Positions 13,216-27,014 of a stretch of 64,000 bases of DNA are shown in pieces. Each line of letters begins with the position of its first letter. The first letter of the stretch is position 1. Below the pieces are notes generated by a model. It did not search any database. It was given only the letters and a program-made list of their open reading frames with translations, and was not told the origin of the DNA. The translations under genes were made by a program, and so were the position numbers. This stretch comes from Nitrosopumilaceae archaeon (GTDB lineage: Archaea; Thermoproteota; Nitrososphaeria; Nitrososphaerales; Nitrosopumilaceae): the NCBI GenBank assembly GCA_965207375.1, contig CBDBMG010000001.1:128001-192000 (forward strand), read 5' to 3'.

Positions 13216-16200
13216 ATGCTGCTCCCAATATTATAACTCAACCTATTGAAGCAAGTGCTGCTGCTCCATTTAGTGCCATGTTTACTTGTTCTGCCAAAGG
13301 ATGTGGTGAACTAGAACTAGATGTAATCTGGCATAGGCAAAATGGACCTTTACCACAAAAAGCTTATTCTACAATGACAACATCAGTGAATGAAACCACA
13401 AGTACTCTTACAATTCCTAATGTAGCCATTGAGGATATTGGTACATATTATTGTGTTGTGTGGGCCAGCAATATAGCAACTCAGTCTAGAATGGCAAATT
13501 TGCATCTTGCAGGTAAAGCATGTTTTGAAATTATGTTTGTTTTTATGACATTGCTTAGATCCACCGTTACTACCAGTAGTAGCAGTTGCTCCTGTAGTAA
13601 ATCTTACTGTTAATAATTTTAATTTGACAATGAAATGTATACCAGATAACAATCACTCACTCTATACATATACATGGATAAAGAAAAATGAGATTCTTTC
13701 ATCAAGGGCCCAAGGAATTAATTCACTATGCCTGACGATTGTTAATTTGAGACCAAAAGATTCTGGAGACTATCAATGTGTAGTAAGTAACAGAACTGGC
13801 AAAATTAGCTCTAATTTTTCTACTGTGAACATTACAGGTAAAAAGAGATGGTTGTATTATACTATTCAAATTACTTTTTCATGTTTACTTTTGTAGTGTC
13901 TTCACCAATAATTATAAAGCAACCAGATGATGTGAATGTTGCAGTATATAATTCTGCTTCATTTATGTGTGCTGCTTGTGGTTATGGTTCAATAAAGATT
14001 GTATGGAAAAGAGTAAACTATACTTTACCTATTACAGCTGATGTGACTGAAGAGGAGTCATTGAATCAGCTCACTAGTACACTAAGAATTTCTGAAATAG
14101 TTGGTTACTACAGTGGACAGTACTACTGCATTGCTGAGAATAAGGCTGGGAAAGTTACTTCTAAAGTAGTTAATCTTCATGTACAACAAAGTAAAGGATA
14201 ACTACTGCATGTATAATGGCTATACACATACGCCAGGGAGTCTACGAATTTTATAAACCCATAGGCCCGAGGCTGTAGTGCACGAGTGCAGCGAGGGTGC
14301 TACTAAGAGTCTGGGGGTTTATAGAATTTGTAGACTCTATATGATACTATTTGTCACTTCGACCGACAATTTTCGTAAACAAATATTAGTGGTCACACAA
14401 AATCTAGGCACCATGGTGACCACATAGCTATTACTTAAGTGCCTGCGCATCTCATGTAGTCATGACAACTGACAAATCGATATGTGTGGACCTCAGCTTG
14501 CCTAACTAACGAAGTGTATCATCTAAACCTGTTGTTAAAGAGTAAGTCAATATTGTATTAGCTGGTTTTTTAACCGTAAAAGGCATTAAATGCATTGGAA
14601 GGTGTTTGTATTATAAGAGTGTTTTTAGTGCCTAAAGGTGTGGAGTATAAGAAAACAAGGTGGAGTATAAGAGATTTATGTCCCAGCTAAAACATGTGAC
14701 ATAGATATTATATTGTCAAACATATTTATCACATCACATGGCAATCAACTATGTAGCTAGCTATAAAGCCACAGCAGTGGCGGGCTAAACACATGTCAAG
14801 TAGTCACCCTTCCAAGTGGGCCCACTGATTTGTGCTCTAGATACCACCAAAAGTAGCCAAATCAGTAGACAACATCACTATGTGGCAATTTACAGCCAAT
14901 AGCTTTTCATTAACAGCCAGCAGAGCCAATTGAAGACAATCCGGGCATTACATAGGAAACGGTGGCATTAACTACTAATATAATCACAGGCCTAGGATGC
15001 TATCTTTAGCATTTGAATTTCTTTAGAAGCTAACATTTAAATACCTGGTGTCTATAGCTATATCTGCAGTTGGAAAATTTAGCTATAAGCGAAGAAGTGT
15101 CAGTTAGCTACAGGAGTTAGCTAAGTCCCTCAATTCTACCACATAATTATATTATTTGTGCATGTTTGTAAGTATAGGGACTATCAGTGTAATTATTACC
15201 GTTTGCTTTCAGTCCGCCACCCAGAAATGATTATGTCATTTGAAAACATCACAGTGTTTCCAAACCAGGACATACATTTAAACTGTTTAGCATTAAGCTC
15301 AGGAGTATTAATGTATGACTGGAGCAAGCGTGATGGACATTTACCACAAAATGCAACGCAATCTTGTGTTCGCAAAACCTTTTTTAATTCATTTGGTGGT
15401 GAAGTTACACTTGTTTATGATTTGGCAATTCACAATATTCAACCGTCAAATGAAGGATGGTACTGCTGCACTGCTACTAATGAGGGTGGGAATACAACAG
15501 AATGTCAATGGCTGGAAGTTAACAGTTAGTTGCAAATGTAGTTTAACTCTTGAACAAATTATAACTGTTTTGCTAGATCTAAAACAATATTCTCATGTAT
15601 GTATGTAGCAGTGGCAGATCCAGAAGGGTTTCTGCAGCAGAAACCCCCCTTTGAAATCTTGGAGATATGTTTGCAAGCATAAAAACTAATAGCTACTTTA
15701 TTTAATTCCCATCTTCATAATAATCACCAACATACAATTAATTTTACCTTAAAAGGTATCTAGCTACAACTTTGTATTTTGATCTGTGGTAATGTGTGCT
15801 TGAGACAAACAATATATAGTGTATAAAATACTATTATGATAAACGATATTGTTATATACGTACATATATGCATCATGATAATGGTACAGTTGTAAAATTA
15901 TTTTTATCATACATCACTACTCCTAACCAAAATGTTATAGCTATATTGTTACAGCTCTTCCCAATATTACTATGCAACCAACATCAGTAACCTTCAAAGC
16001 AGGAGACCTAAATGTAACAGCATTATCATGCAAAGCTGTCGGAATAGAGCCCTTTTATTATCAATGGGATAGATACCACTTGTTGAGTGACAGTTGGATA
16101 AAACCCTCTCACAGAGCTGTGGATATCACATCACCAAACCTGAAATTTAGTATTATTACAGAGGAAGATGAAGGTGCTTACCGCTGTATTGTCACCAATG

Positions 16201-17180
16201 ATGATGGTAATGTAATATCTGACAGTGCTACTGTTTTTGTGTACGGTGAGTATTCATAGATATTATAACTATGCTGTGATACTACAAAATATTTGTAGGT
16301 CCTCCTGTTATTATTTTGATCAGTAACTCTACAGTTTCACTGGAGGGAGACAAAATTAATTTATTATGCACTGCCATTAATGATGCTCATGCCAATTATT
16401 CATTACAAATAAACTGGTTTAAAGGAAATAAGCTTATAATACCAGAGAGGAAACGTATTTTGCTATATAATGAAACTGTTAAAGATTCTAGACAACTTAA
16501 ATCAACACTAACATTTGATGTTGTTAACCCTACTGATGATGGAGTGTACACATGTCGAGCTTTTAATCATCCTGATTTGTACTCTGAATCAAAAATAAAT
16601 TTAATCATTGAATGTGAGTTAGCTAATAATATTGCCGCAATTTAATGTTTCTCCATTCAGATGGTCCACGTGTTTCCATAGTAAATCAGTCACCTTACAT
16701 GACTACTGTGGGTAGTGTGGGGACAATATACTGTCGAGCTAGTGGTAAACCTATTCCCACTGTACAGTGGTACAAAGATGACTTTCCTGTTAATCCTCTT
16801 TCGTCAAATTTCCAGCAAGTGTTTTTAGTCCCAACTGATACTCCACACACTACAGTGTACACTTGTGTAGGCGTAAATTATGCTGGAGGTGAGAAGCATG
16901 TAGGATTAGCAAACATTACTGTAATTGTAAAAGGTAAGGGAAATAAATTGCTAACTTAAATATAGCTACAGAATTTTACTTGAATACTACAGATGTAAAA
17001 CCTTGCCTTCCACTTCTTGAAGCTCCCAAGAATGGAGAAAGAACTTTGATTAGAATGAATGGCTTCGTAAAGTACATTTCATTCAGCTGCAATTTAAATT
17101 ATGTCTTGAAAGGCCAGTCCTTAGCAGCATGTATTAATGGTGTGTGGAGTTCATCAACACCAACATGTAATACACAATAG
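13216..17180 (+). CDS. Multi-exon protein with seven Ig-like domains and a terminal sushi domain (exons 13216-13512, 13559-13837, 13897-14190, 15213-15524, 15955-16245, 16299-16613, 16661-16933, 16993-17180)
   Basis: Each Ig exon has C...W...YxC motifs (e.g. EDIGTYYC, DSGDYQC, EDEGAYRC, DDGVYTC); all introns GT-AG, phase 1; last exon is sushi (FSCNLNYVLKGQSLAACINGVWSSSTPTC) ending in a stop. Confidence 0.85.
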
Positions 17181-17899
17181 TAGTTGCTGATATCTACATA
17201 TCCAGCTATGTATACATGTAGCTATGACTAACTTGGTAGCTATAATATTGATATTGTTTTTGTATAATCTATAGGCAGCTAGTTGGCTACATCGCCATAA
17301 TTTGAACAGCAATGACTTTGCAATTATAGCTATATATAGCTAGATTGCATGCACACATAGCTAATTGCCCAATAATAATATTGACATTTTGCAACATACG
17401 TAGCTATAGCTAGCTACAGTGATTTCCTAATCTAAAACTTAACTTTATAGCTAGTTGTAGCTACGTATGTACCATACCACGTAAAATTTTGATGGAAAAT
17501 ATTGACGAAGCTGACTAATTTTACCGATTTGTCAAAATTCAAATTTTTTTTAATAATAGCTAATTCATTAAATGTTTGTAGCCAGCCTGTGGCAGCCACA
17601 CCACCATTACTACTACTCCAGCAGCATGTTTGTATGTAGCTAAAAGTGTTCTAATTTGTCAAAATTTTCCACACTTGTGTTGGCTACATGTTAGCTAATA
17701 TGAATATAGACAGTATGAATAGTTAGCTATGTATGTTGTTAAATGTAACTAAACACTTTTTTAACACACATTTATGTACACAGCTTGCCATATTGCTTCA
17801 TTTATTACTTGCATTAGCTAGCTAGCTAGTTAGTATGTTTTAAACCATGCAAGTGTAGCTAGCTACATCTAGTTATATTAGCTATTAGCTATTGTCTCT

Positions 17900-18195
17900 G
17901 AATGTGCATGTGTGTTGGTGTGTGACTGTGTGTATTGTGTATGTGTGTGCGTATATGTATATGTGTGTATGTGTGTGTTGTATGTTGTGTACTGTGTGTG
18001 ACTGTGTTGTATTCTGTATGTGTCTGTGTGTGTATGTGTGTGTTGTGTAATGTGTGTGTGTGTGTGTGTGTGTGTAACTGTGTGTGTGTAGTATGTATGT
18101 GCAGTATGTACGTAGTTATGTGTAGTGTGTGTGTGTGTAGTGTGTGTGTATATGTGCTATGGCATACAGTGTGTGGGATGTGTGTGAGTGTACAT
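17900..18195. repeat. Degenerate (TG)n low-complexity tract
   Basis: TG-rich run. Confidence 0.9.
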
Positions 18196-18542
18196 GAGGA
18201 TGGGTATTGTATGCCTCATAGGCATCACATAGCTAAATGAAAAATATCGGTATTGTGTGATTGGCCGATTAGTTAACTTTGTTTAGGCCAAAATTTATCA
18301 ATACCTGTGCAATGCCTGCATCTGTTTTAGCCACCGCATAAATAATTTTATAGGTATCCTGTTTGTACCTAAGAAGTTAGCTATAGATATAACATTTTGC
18401 TAAAGCTATAAAAGAAATTCTTTGTATAAACTGTAGCTAAGCGTATAGCTACATGAAAATTTGATACATGTATACCAAAATGGCTAGTTCACAGAAAACA
18501 TCATGTAGCTATAGCTAGTTAATCACATGATTATGAGAACAG

Positions 18543-18640
18543 TATAGCTATATAGCTATATATAGCTATATAGCTATATATAGCTATATATAGCTATATA
18601 GCTATATATAGCTATATAGCTATATAGCTATATATACTAG
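18543..18640. repeat. (TATAGCTA)n-like microsatellite
   Basis: Tandem TATAGCTA(TA) units. Confidence 0.9.
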
Positions 18641-19987
18641 GTATATAGCTATAGCCTTAAATTTTTAATAAAATAGCTATAGCTATAGCTATTACTATAG
18701 AAGCCCTATGGCTATATATATGTAGCTATGATAGTATAATTTTAATTCCAATGTAATTCTCATAGGTCACTAGGCTCTTGTTATTGCAGCTATATTCATC
18801 AACAATCAAATCCCTCTTATTGTTGGCATATTAATCTAATCAACATGTACATAAATGAGTTTTCTAAATAATGCAAATTATGACTCTTTACATGCACTTT
18901 TTAATCATGTTAATTGAGCCATATAGCTAGAACTTGAACAGTTGCATAGGGATATAGCAAATGTCATTCCTAACTAATAACTTCATAAAGGCTGCAATAA
19001 AATTACTTATATATCTGGTGTTAGCATATCCATTATGCTAATATTTTGCGAATATTGTGGACCAAACCTTTGGGTACAGAAAGCAGATGAATAAAACAAC
19101 GAAACGCTCTATTAAAGCAGTCAGGTTTGCAGTGTGTTACTCTAATAGAGTGATAAAATATTTGAGTCAATGAAACTGTAGAGGATAATGTGGACAGGTA
19201 GTTATATATAAGGAAATTTGAAACCTGAGATAATTTCTCAGCCCTATAATAAGGGCAAATTAATTTGCTTATATATAGGACCCCAAAGTTGCTAAGGCCA
19301 GCCCAGCCTGGTCATCATGTAGTTAAAATAGCCATGCAGCTGGCTGTAAAAAGTGTGAGGCCAATTGCAATCAGAAGCAGCATCACATCTATATGTATAT
19401 GCATGCAATAGGGTATTTTTCACAACTATACGATTAGCTTTGTCACTATAGTAATATAATTGGTTAGCTTTACAAATAATGTGATTAAAAAGATGTCCAA
19501 GTGACAAAGCCAATCATATAGCTATGTATAGCTAGTTGTGAAAATATCCCATCTTTAATTAAGGGGGCTCGAGTGTATAACAGCGGAATGACTGCTGGAC
19601 TCAATGGTGCCAAGGAATACCATTACTGCATGTGCGAACTTCGGATCAACTGGAAGTTTGTGCATATAATTTATGTCAGTTGATCCGGAACTTCTGGACC
19701 AGCGAAAGCTATAGCTATGCAATTAATCAAGTATTAACATTCAAGCGAATCACTGGCTTTACTATGACCAAACCTAAAATTCTCATTCTTTGTCTGACGA
19801 TTTTATGGCAGGTGTAAAAACGTCACCTTCATCCATTATATGAAAATCACGTGACTATCGGATATTTGCGAAGCTTGGATAAGATGAATCCATAGATATA
19901 CACGTGGGCTATATAATGTATGGTGGTGGCCGGAATGTTTATTTCATGATCAGTTTAATCGATCAGTGTACGAGAGAACTGAATGAA

Positions 19988-20082
19988 ATGTTATTTATAC
20001 GATTTGTCCTTTTGACGTTATTGTCATGTGTTGATCGTTGCTATAGTGAGTAGTGAGAGAACCGTCTTCCTTCCTGGACACG
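19988..20082 (+). pseudogene. Possible signal-peptide first exon carrying a frameshift
   Basis: MLFIRFVLLTLLSC then shifted LIVAIVSSERTVFLPGH, ending at a phase-1 GTAAG donor; two CACGTG boxes upstream. Confidence 0.3.
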
Positions 20083-20097
20083 GTAAGTTCTGCATTC

Positions 20098-20146
<49 letters not shown>

Positions 20147-21889
20147 CTGGTTAGTTGTACACATGCATGTGTAAATTTTGCCAGGCCGGCATCTCTTTTG
20201 TTTGTGTATTTTCTTTTCTTGTTTGTGTATTTTTTTGGTTGTGTATGTAGTTATTAAATTTTGTTGTACTGTATAATTGTATGTTAGCTAAGTGTACGGT
20301 GTATATATGTATGCAATTACAGTGTATGTGTATGTATGTAATCATGTAGTTATATTTATGTAGCTGTATGTATGTATTTTATATTTCTCTGGCAAGGAAG
20401 AACGGCCATGGCTGATTGCCAGAGCATAATCTATCAATCAATTAATCATCATCGCCCTCCGCATCACTCACTGCCCCAACTTCCAGTGTGTTTAAAAATC
20501 CCACAGATTATGGAAACTGATTCAATTTTCAGTCCCAGCGCAATTTAAATTTTGTGCATTGGTATCCAAAATAACAAAATAGGAGATTTTTGGATTTTCT
20601 GTGAATCAGGTAGCTAGCTAGCTATACGTAGACTTTACTGCAAGGTGTTGTAAATTGTGGGCACAATTGAGGGGTCAGTCACTTTTCCTCAGTAATCATG
20701 TGTGAGATTTCGAAATCATGCAGCTCTGATTTTAATCTGATTTCTGTGATTTGAAAGTGTCACCGGCATTATGCATGAGATTTGCCGGGTGATCTATGAT
20801 TTATATTTGAAAGGTAGCTACATATTAATTTCTGGAAATATCAATATGGCCAAGTTTATGAGTTGCGAATCAATGGATAGTGATACCCTTGGGATACTTG
20901 TTGTTAATTATATGTTTCAGATCCACCAGCTCCTACATTGTTATGTTTCACCACCTAAATTTTGATGATGTCATCCATTATTGCATCATTTCAACATGCT
21001 ATTTTAAAATTTTATGCAAGTAGCTAATTACTTAGCTGTGTGTACACTGTATACAACACTTTAAAAACTGTATGAATACTAAAGTACATTTTAATTCTTC
21101 ACCATTTAATAATAAAGATTGTAATAAATAATGAGCCCGCCCACCTGGGGTAACTCCCTGATCTGAAACATATAATTACCAATAAGTGGCCTAATGTTTT
21201 ACTTTAACAAGATATTTATTAACAAAGGAAATTCAGCTCTGTAGAGTACAATATAGCTAGCTAAGACTTAACCAGACGTGTGCCAGCAACACCTGACAAC
21301 TCCAAATTTGATGGCTATATATGGCCCTGTTTATAAATTAATATAGCTGAAATTTGCTTTACTATAAAAGGAATAAACTGTGTAGAGATTACCACTTTTT
21401 CTACTCACTTTTTCTACTCACTTTTAGTGCTACCTTAATTAATCACATTTATTATAACAACTTACTAAACCATAAAGACTTCCTTCAAAAGACTGGTAAC
21501 TGGTTTATTCCTTACTAGGTAGTGATAGACCATTAGTAATATTCATGACTTACCTATTATGACAGCACATCTAACTACCTATATCCCCAAAAACTTTTGG
21601 CCACATGAGGCATAGACAATATAAGGCCAAATTATCAGACTAAATAATCTGATATGCATGATCACTTCTGAAATTATACAGACATGTAATTATTTACAAA
21701 CAAATTGTTTTGATTTGCACGTACTGTGTATAGTGCAAAATTTTTGTCAGAGTATAATATAAGTCAGCCATTGGCTAATTTCTGACCAATTAAAGCATTT
21801 GGCAAATCAAAAAATTTAGTTGAACAAATTTAACACACAATTTTATGGGGTTAGAAGTTTGACAAATGGCCAACCATGCAAACAAGTTG

Positions 21890-22425
21890 ATGTTTTAACT
21901 TTTACCATCTAAAAACCAGATGCTGTGAAAGTTAAACCACCGTTAATCAACTGCTAATAGTATTTAATGATGTCACAATTAAGTCACATGAGCAAAGACT
22001 CACCATTAAGGAACACATAGTAACCTGAATGAATGCATACAAATTTAATTCTTCTGCTTAAACCCTTAGGTCAGTCTTCTTCACAACCCACACAGGACGC
22101 CCACTTTAAAACTAAAGCGCTCTGTCTTGTTAGTAATGTACAGTTGAGTAAATGCCTTTTACCGTGAAATGAACGTCAAATACAGCATCACTTTGGCATG
22201 AATTCATGACACACTTTGTTACTAAGGCCACAATCATCAGTTATATTGATAGCAAGTGTCATATAAAGAAACTGAAAAGCAGTAGACTTGTCACAGTTTG
22301 ATTGGTTATTTCACATGAATGGTTTTTAATAGCCTGGGGGCGGGGACACCCCCACAGCCACAAGTACACATACTGATTTCCCAGACGAAAGCAGTTTCAA
22401 GAAACCAGACACATGCCAGCCTTTA
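21890..22425 (+). repeat. Interspersed repeat family D (related copy about 43278-43580)
   Basis: Shared TTTTACCATCTAAAA, ATGAGCAAAGACTCA and GAATGGTTTTTAATAGCCT blocks. Confidence 0.6.
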
Positions 22426-23240
22426 GTTTGTGTGTCTAAAAACTTTTATGCAAAACAATTATATGCTCTTACGTGCTGGTTGTTTTTTCTTTTTGTTGCA
22501 CACTTTTCATGGGCTTGTTTGAACCCTAGGATTGTTATTTTCAATTTTTCATTCTATCCATCATGTTTATTTCTCTAATAATTCACTCATTCTATCAATG
22601 ATTTTTACTAGACCAGCATTCTCCTATGTATGTATACTCTACAAGTCCAACAAAATTTACACACTTCAGTGTACTTGAGAGAAATTTTTACACAACTATT
22701 TTGATGATGACTTTATAGCATCGTAAAACTTGTAATAGCTGGTACTTAGGTGGTGCCAGATTCCTCTATCGTCGGTTATTGATTCTAATGATATACATAC
22801 ATCGACACTTCGAAATTGTAACATGTGAGTTTATCAAAATAATTATTAAGGATTAAACTTTTTATGTGACGTAATTAGATACTGAACAGTTGTCACATTA
22901 AACAATTAAACAAATACATGTCATCCACAATGCTCCTGGCCACTGTTCCGTTTCTCCACCTACAACAATTCATATACTATTAGAAAGCATGTTACAAAAA
23001 ACAAGGTTACATGAATATCTTTATAATAAAATTATATAAGTATATGGCAGTAAATTGTTCATGCTAAACAAATTCATAACTTTTAAGTGTCAAATTCTTC
23101 TTTATATGTAGATATCGCCTAAGTGAGATAAAAACATTTTATTAGAGTACATTAGTTTTTATCTACAACCTTACTCTAGTAAAATCATGCTCACACTACT
23201 GCTATAAGCCACGTAGGTACATATTTTCAACCCAATAATT

Positions 23241-23481
23241 GTGACCTGGTATGAGTAAACAGGGCTTATGTGCACATAAAAATTGACCACATTCAAACTT
23301 TAATAGCTTTATAAGGAATCATATGACTCTAATATAATTTACACCATTTATGCAGCTTTTCATAGCGAGTCTTGTGCAGCTGTAGAATTCTAAAATCTTA
23401 AACAGTAAAGGAGATATGTACTGTTGTATGAATAGGTGTATTTTGTGTACATATAAGTCCGGTTTTCTCATGCCGGGTCAC
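23241..23481. mobile_element. Sola1-like MITE (GTGAC...GTCAC termini)
   Basis: Imperfect TIRs; flanks AATT / AATA. Confidence 0.55.
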
Positions 23482-23563
23482 AATAATTATGATTGATGAA
23501 TATTAATTACTTGCCTTCTCAGTTGTTGTTTTGTTCACACAGTTTTTAATGGCATCTCCTCAG

Positions 23564-25821
23564 AGGGCTAATATTTTTTTGGACGAGGTTTCAACTTTGA
23601 AATTTTTTTAATATTTTCTTCGGATAATTAAAAACAGTTGGTTATTATGGAGGCTGTTTGCTGCACGTGACGTTCGACTTTCCTCTGCTGTACTAAGGAT
23701 GAAGATTTGATCATGTAATGGGTGTGTTTTACGCAGTGGCAATAATTAAAGTGGACTACTATAACTGTTCAAATGGCGTTACGAGTACATGCTTCACGTG
23801 AGTGTCAGTATACTAGCTATTAATGTTTTGTGCATACTTTTCATAATGATATTGCTGTGTTACGATATAGACTCTTAGTATTAAATGGGTAGCCACTATA
23901 TGTGACCGGATTTTGGAAAACAGTTCCAAATCACACATGAAATCCAGTGTATTTCTGCATGTATTTAATGATATTTCTACTTACGTATGTGTATGTATTT
24001 ATGGAATATTTCTTACATTCTTTCAGTAATTGGAACATTGAATTCCTTGTAGTGCAACAAAATATTATTGGGAATGCAATACTTTTCATGTTGCAGTGAT
24101 AAATATACTGAAATAAAAATGTGTGATTTGGAACTTTTTTCCAAAATCCAGTCACATATTAATTTTTATCATCACTATTGTATGCCTGTAGGGAGCCACA
24201 CAAGTTTGTCTTGGCCGAGCCCTGATGTGACAGTGTGCTCCAAAGAATTTAATATATAAAATCGTAGTATCCAGTGGAGAGATCATGTATACAAGACTAC
24301 GTATACCATGCAGGAATACTGCATGCTTGATTTATCTGTTCATTGTTCTTGTATTATGTCATGATTCCTTTACATTTTGTGGTTTCTGTGGATGGCACGA
24401 TGGGACATGGTTCTGCGTTCCTACAGTGTCTTACCAATGGATTCTCTCGCCAGGGTTAGGGTTAGATCCTCTCTTGGATTGGAGTCTGCTTTATGTTCAG
24501 ATTGTTCACCATTATCAACTGACCTGTTTCAGGGGATCGTGTGTGCACTGGTATAGTGGTACCAGTATTAATGATGGAACTGGTTTCCCTGATGTTCTAC
24601 TGAATTAGTTGGTTTAGAAGCCATCCACAGTTCAGCCTAGTCTATAAGAGAATGTATGAGGCAGGGGATAAAATTATGTGTATGTTTGTGGCAGGAATAA
24701 TACATAATAATTGATTACTCAAATTGTTTAATGTTCACAAGCATGCATAGCGGACATGGCACTGCTCCTGATAATCAAAGTATATCAAATTCTTAGACAT
24801 TATTATGTTGTCCTCCATAGCTACAAATAGATCTCATGACTTGTAAGTCCAATCTCTGAGACTTGTATAAATGGACTACAATACACATATTGTTCAGTAG
24901 CTGTTTCCATGGCTAAAATGAATCTAAAAATCTACTATTATGATCATTATTGTTATGCATACCTAATGTTGAATGGTTGCTGGTGGCCTGTCTTTACAGT
25001 CATGTGACTACATGAATATAACAGACACAACAATAATTATATACAACTATAATAGCTACCCATGTACTACAAGATGTACCAAGCAAATACAGAAGGTATG
25101 TGCAAATATTATAATGTAATGTGTTCGTGAGACAGGCCTGAACAGTAATTGCTGCTGCATAGTAACACCAGCAACTTGAAAGACATGTGCTACATGATCT
25201 TTATTGAAAGTAGTAAGTTGAACATCACATGCAGCAAATGCACACATTACTTGCCCAACCATTTGTAATTACCTGCATGAATGGAATTCAACTGGTAGTG
25301 TCACATTAGCATTAGGCTCTACCTGAATACAAGCCGTCCTTGATTTCACTGTAGCACAAAATTAAAATCAAGTAGTATTCCTGCTCTCACATGATCTCTG
25401 ATTTTATATCTTAATTTCTTCAGAGCACACATCAGGGCTCGGCCTATAGACAAAGCTCCTACAGGCATACAATAGTGATGATAATTATACAAACAATATA
25501 GTGGCTACCCATTTAATAATAAATGTCTATAACAGCAATACAGTATGTACAAAACATTAATACACACTCACGTGAATCACGTACTCGTGACGCCATTTGA
25601 ACAGTAAAAGCAGTCCACTTTAATCACTGCCATTGCGTCAGTACTATGAAATACACGTACTTCATGATCAAATCTTCATTCTTAGTACAGTAGAGGAAAC
25701 TCGAACGTCACATGTAGCAAACAGCCTCCATAATAATCAATTGTTTTTAATTATCCGAAGGAAATATACATTCAAGAAAAATTTCTAAGTTGAAATCTCG
25801 TCCAAAATAAATATTAGCCCT
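23564..25821. mobile_element. Non-autonomous PIF/Harbinger-like element with long TIRs and a non-repetitive interior
   Basis: Termini AGGGCTAATATTT / AAATATTAGCCCT; 3-bp TSD CAG; arms about 23564-24262 and 25400-25821. Confidence 0.75.
23902..24155. mobile_element. Sola1-like MITE nested in the left arm of the Harbinger-like element
   Basis: TIRs GTGACCGGATTTTGGAAAA; 4-bp TSD ATAT; absent from the matching right arm. Confidence 0.75.
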
Positions 25822-25964
25822 CAGAGGTATGGAAACATTTCCATAATGGCAAATTAAATTCCTCTGGGATTTCACTTTTTTCGTCATTTACTGCAGCTAT
25901 CAACCCAATATATATGGGAAGTTCTTTCTGACTTCTTCTGTTGTGTGTTTCAACTGAGAATGTC

Positions 25965-26430
25965 TCACATCCATATGCTTTTGTTTAGGATAGACTTAGT
26001 TGAGAAATCCAACGCCAACCCATGTTGCTGCAAGAAATCAAGACCTAAAATTGCAGGCATAATGAGATAACTAACCACAAGTTGTACTGGTGAACCCATG
26101 TTCTGTATACTGACTGGGGTTCTGACATAATTGATGACTGAAAGTGGTGCACCTGACACTGTCTTTAAGGATAATTGTGGCATTGATTTTGTCACAATAC
26201 AATATGTTTGTGTTTTGTGCTAACAAGGATATGGATGATCCTGAATCAAGCATTACTTCAGGAACCAATATTTCCTACAATCATAGCTGCTTGTATCTTG
26301 GTGGTAGCTAGCTACTGTCACAGTATTAGTGGGGCTGCTTTCTACTGGAGATATCGGTTGCCCCTCAGAGGCATCCCCCTTTAGTTTTCCTGCTGTTGCA
26401 AACAGTTTGCTGCTACATGACCCTACCTGT
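25965..26430 (-). mobile_element. Gypsy-type LTR retrotransposon gag/protease remnant
   Basis: Partial zinc knuckle QVGHVAANC, protease motif VMLDSGSSISLL and ILGLDFL, in different frames. Confidence 0.75.
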
Positions 26431-26533
26431 GTACTAATTATCTAACCAAGCAAGACTAGTCAGCTTGTGTTCCAGTTTATCGGAAGATAATACAGCAACA
26501 TAACACCATAGATTATATTTAATATGGTAAGGT

Positions 26534-26789
26534 GGAGGCCCCGACTCCATAAAATCTCGTACAGGCCCTTAGAAATCTTGAAATTTGAAATCTATAATTT
26601 CAGTATTTTCCAATATTAATCATACAATTGAGCTTTGTTTCTGTCGTAATTCAAAATTTGTAAATACATAGAAATTCATTCAAAAATTGTAAATACAATT
26701 TAAAATCTTGCTGAAATCTTTGCAGAAACCTTGAAATCTTGCTCAAAATTGGAATCTTGTACAATATTTTTCAGAGTCGGGGACCCCTC
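26534..26789. mobile_element. MULE-like MITE
   Basis: Imperfect TIRs around CCCCGACTC / GAGTCGGGG; flanks ATGGTAAGGT / ATAGTAAGGT. Confidence 0.55.
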
Positions 26790-27014
26790 ATAGTAAGGTA
26801 AGACAGTGTGTGAGACCATGAGCATCGCACAAGCTAGCGAATGGCCACTCATGATAGCTGATCAATTGTACTGAGAACAGTATTACTCTGCAACCCGCTT
26901 TAAAATGTAATTTGAAAATATAATTATAAATATTTGAAATCAACTAAAAATCAGGCTGATTTCAAAATTTATACAGGATTTTGGAGAGTGTCGGACCTCT
27001 CAGAGAAATTAACC

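Noticed and set aside
17935-18240. Cys/Val-rich ORF
   Set aside because: Translation of a TG low-complexity tract.
19559-19600. TTAA-GGGGGCTCG as a Kolobok-like terminus
   Set aside because: No matching opposite end found in the window.
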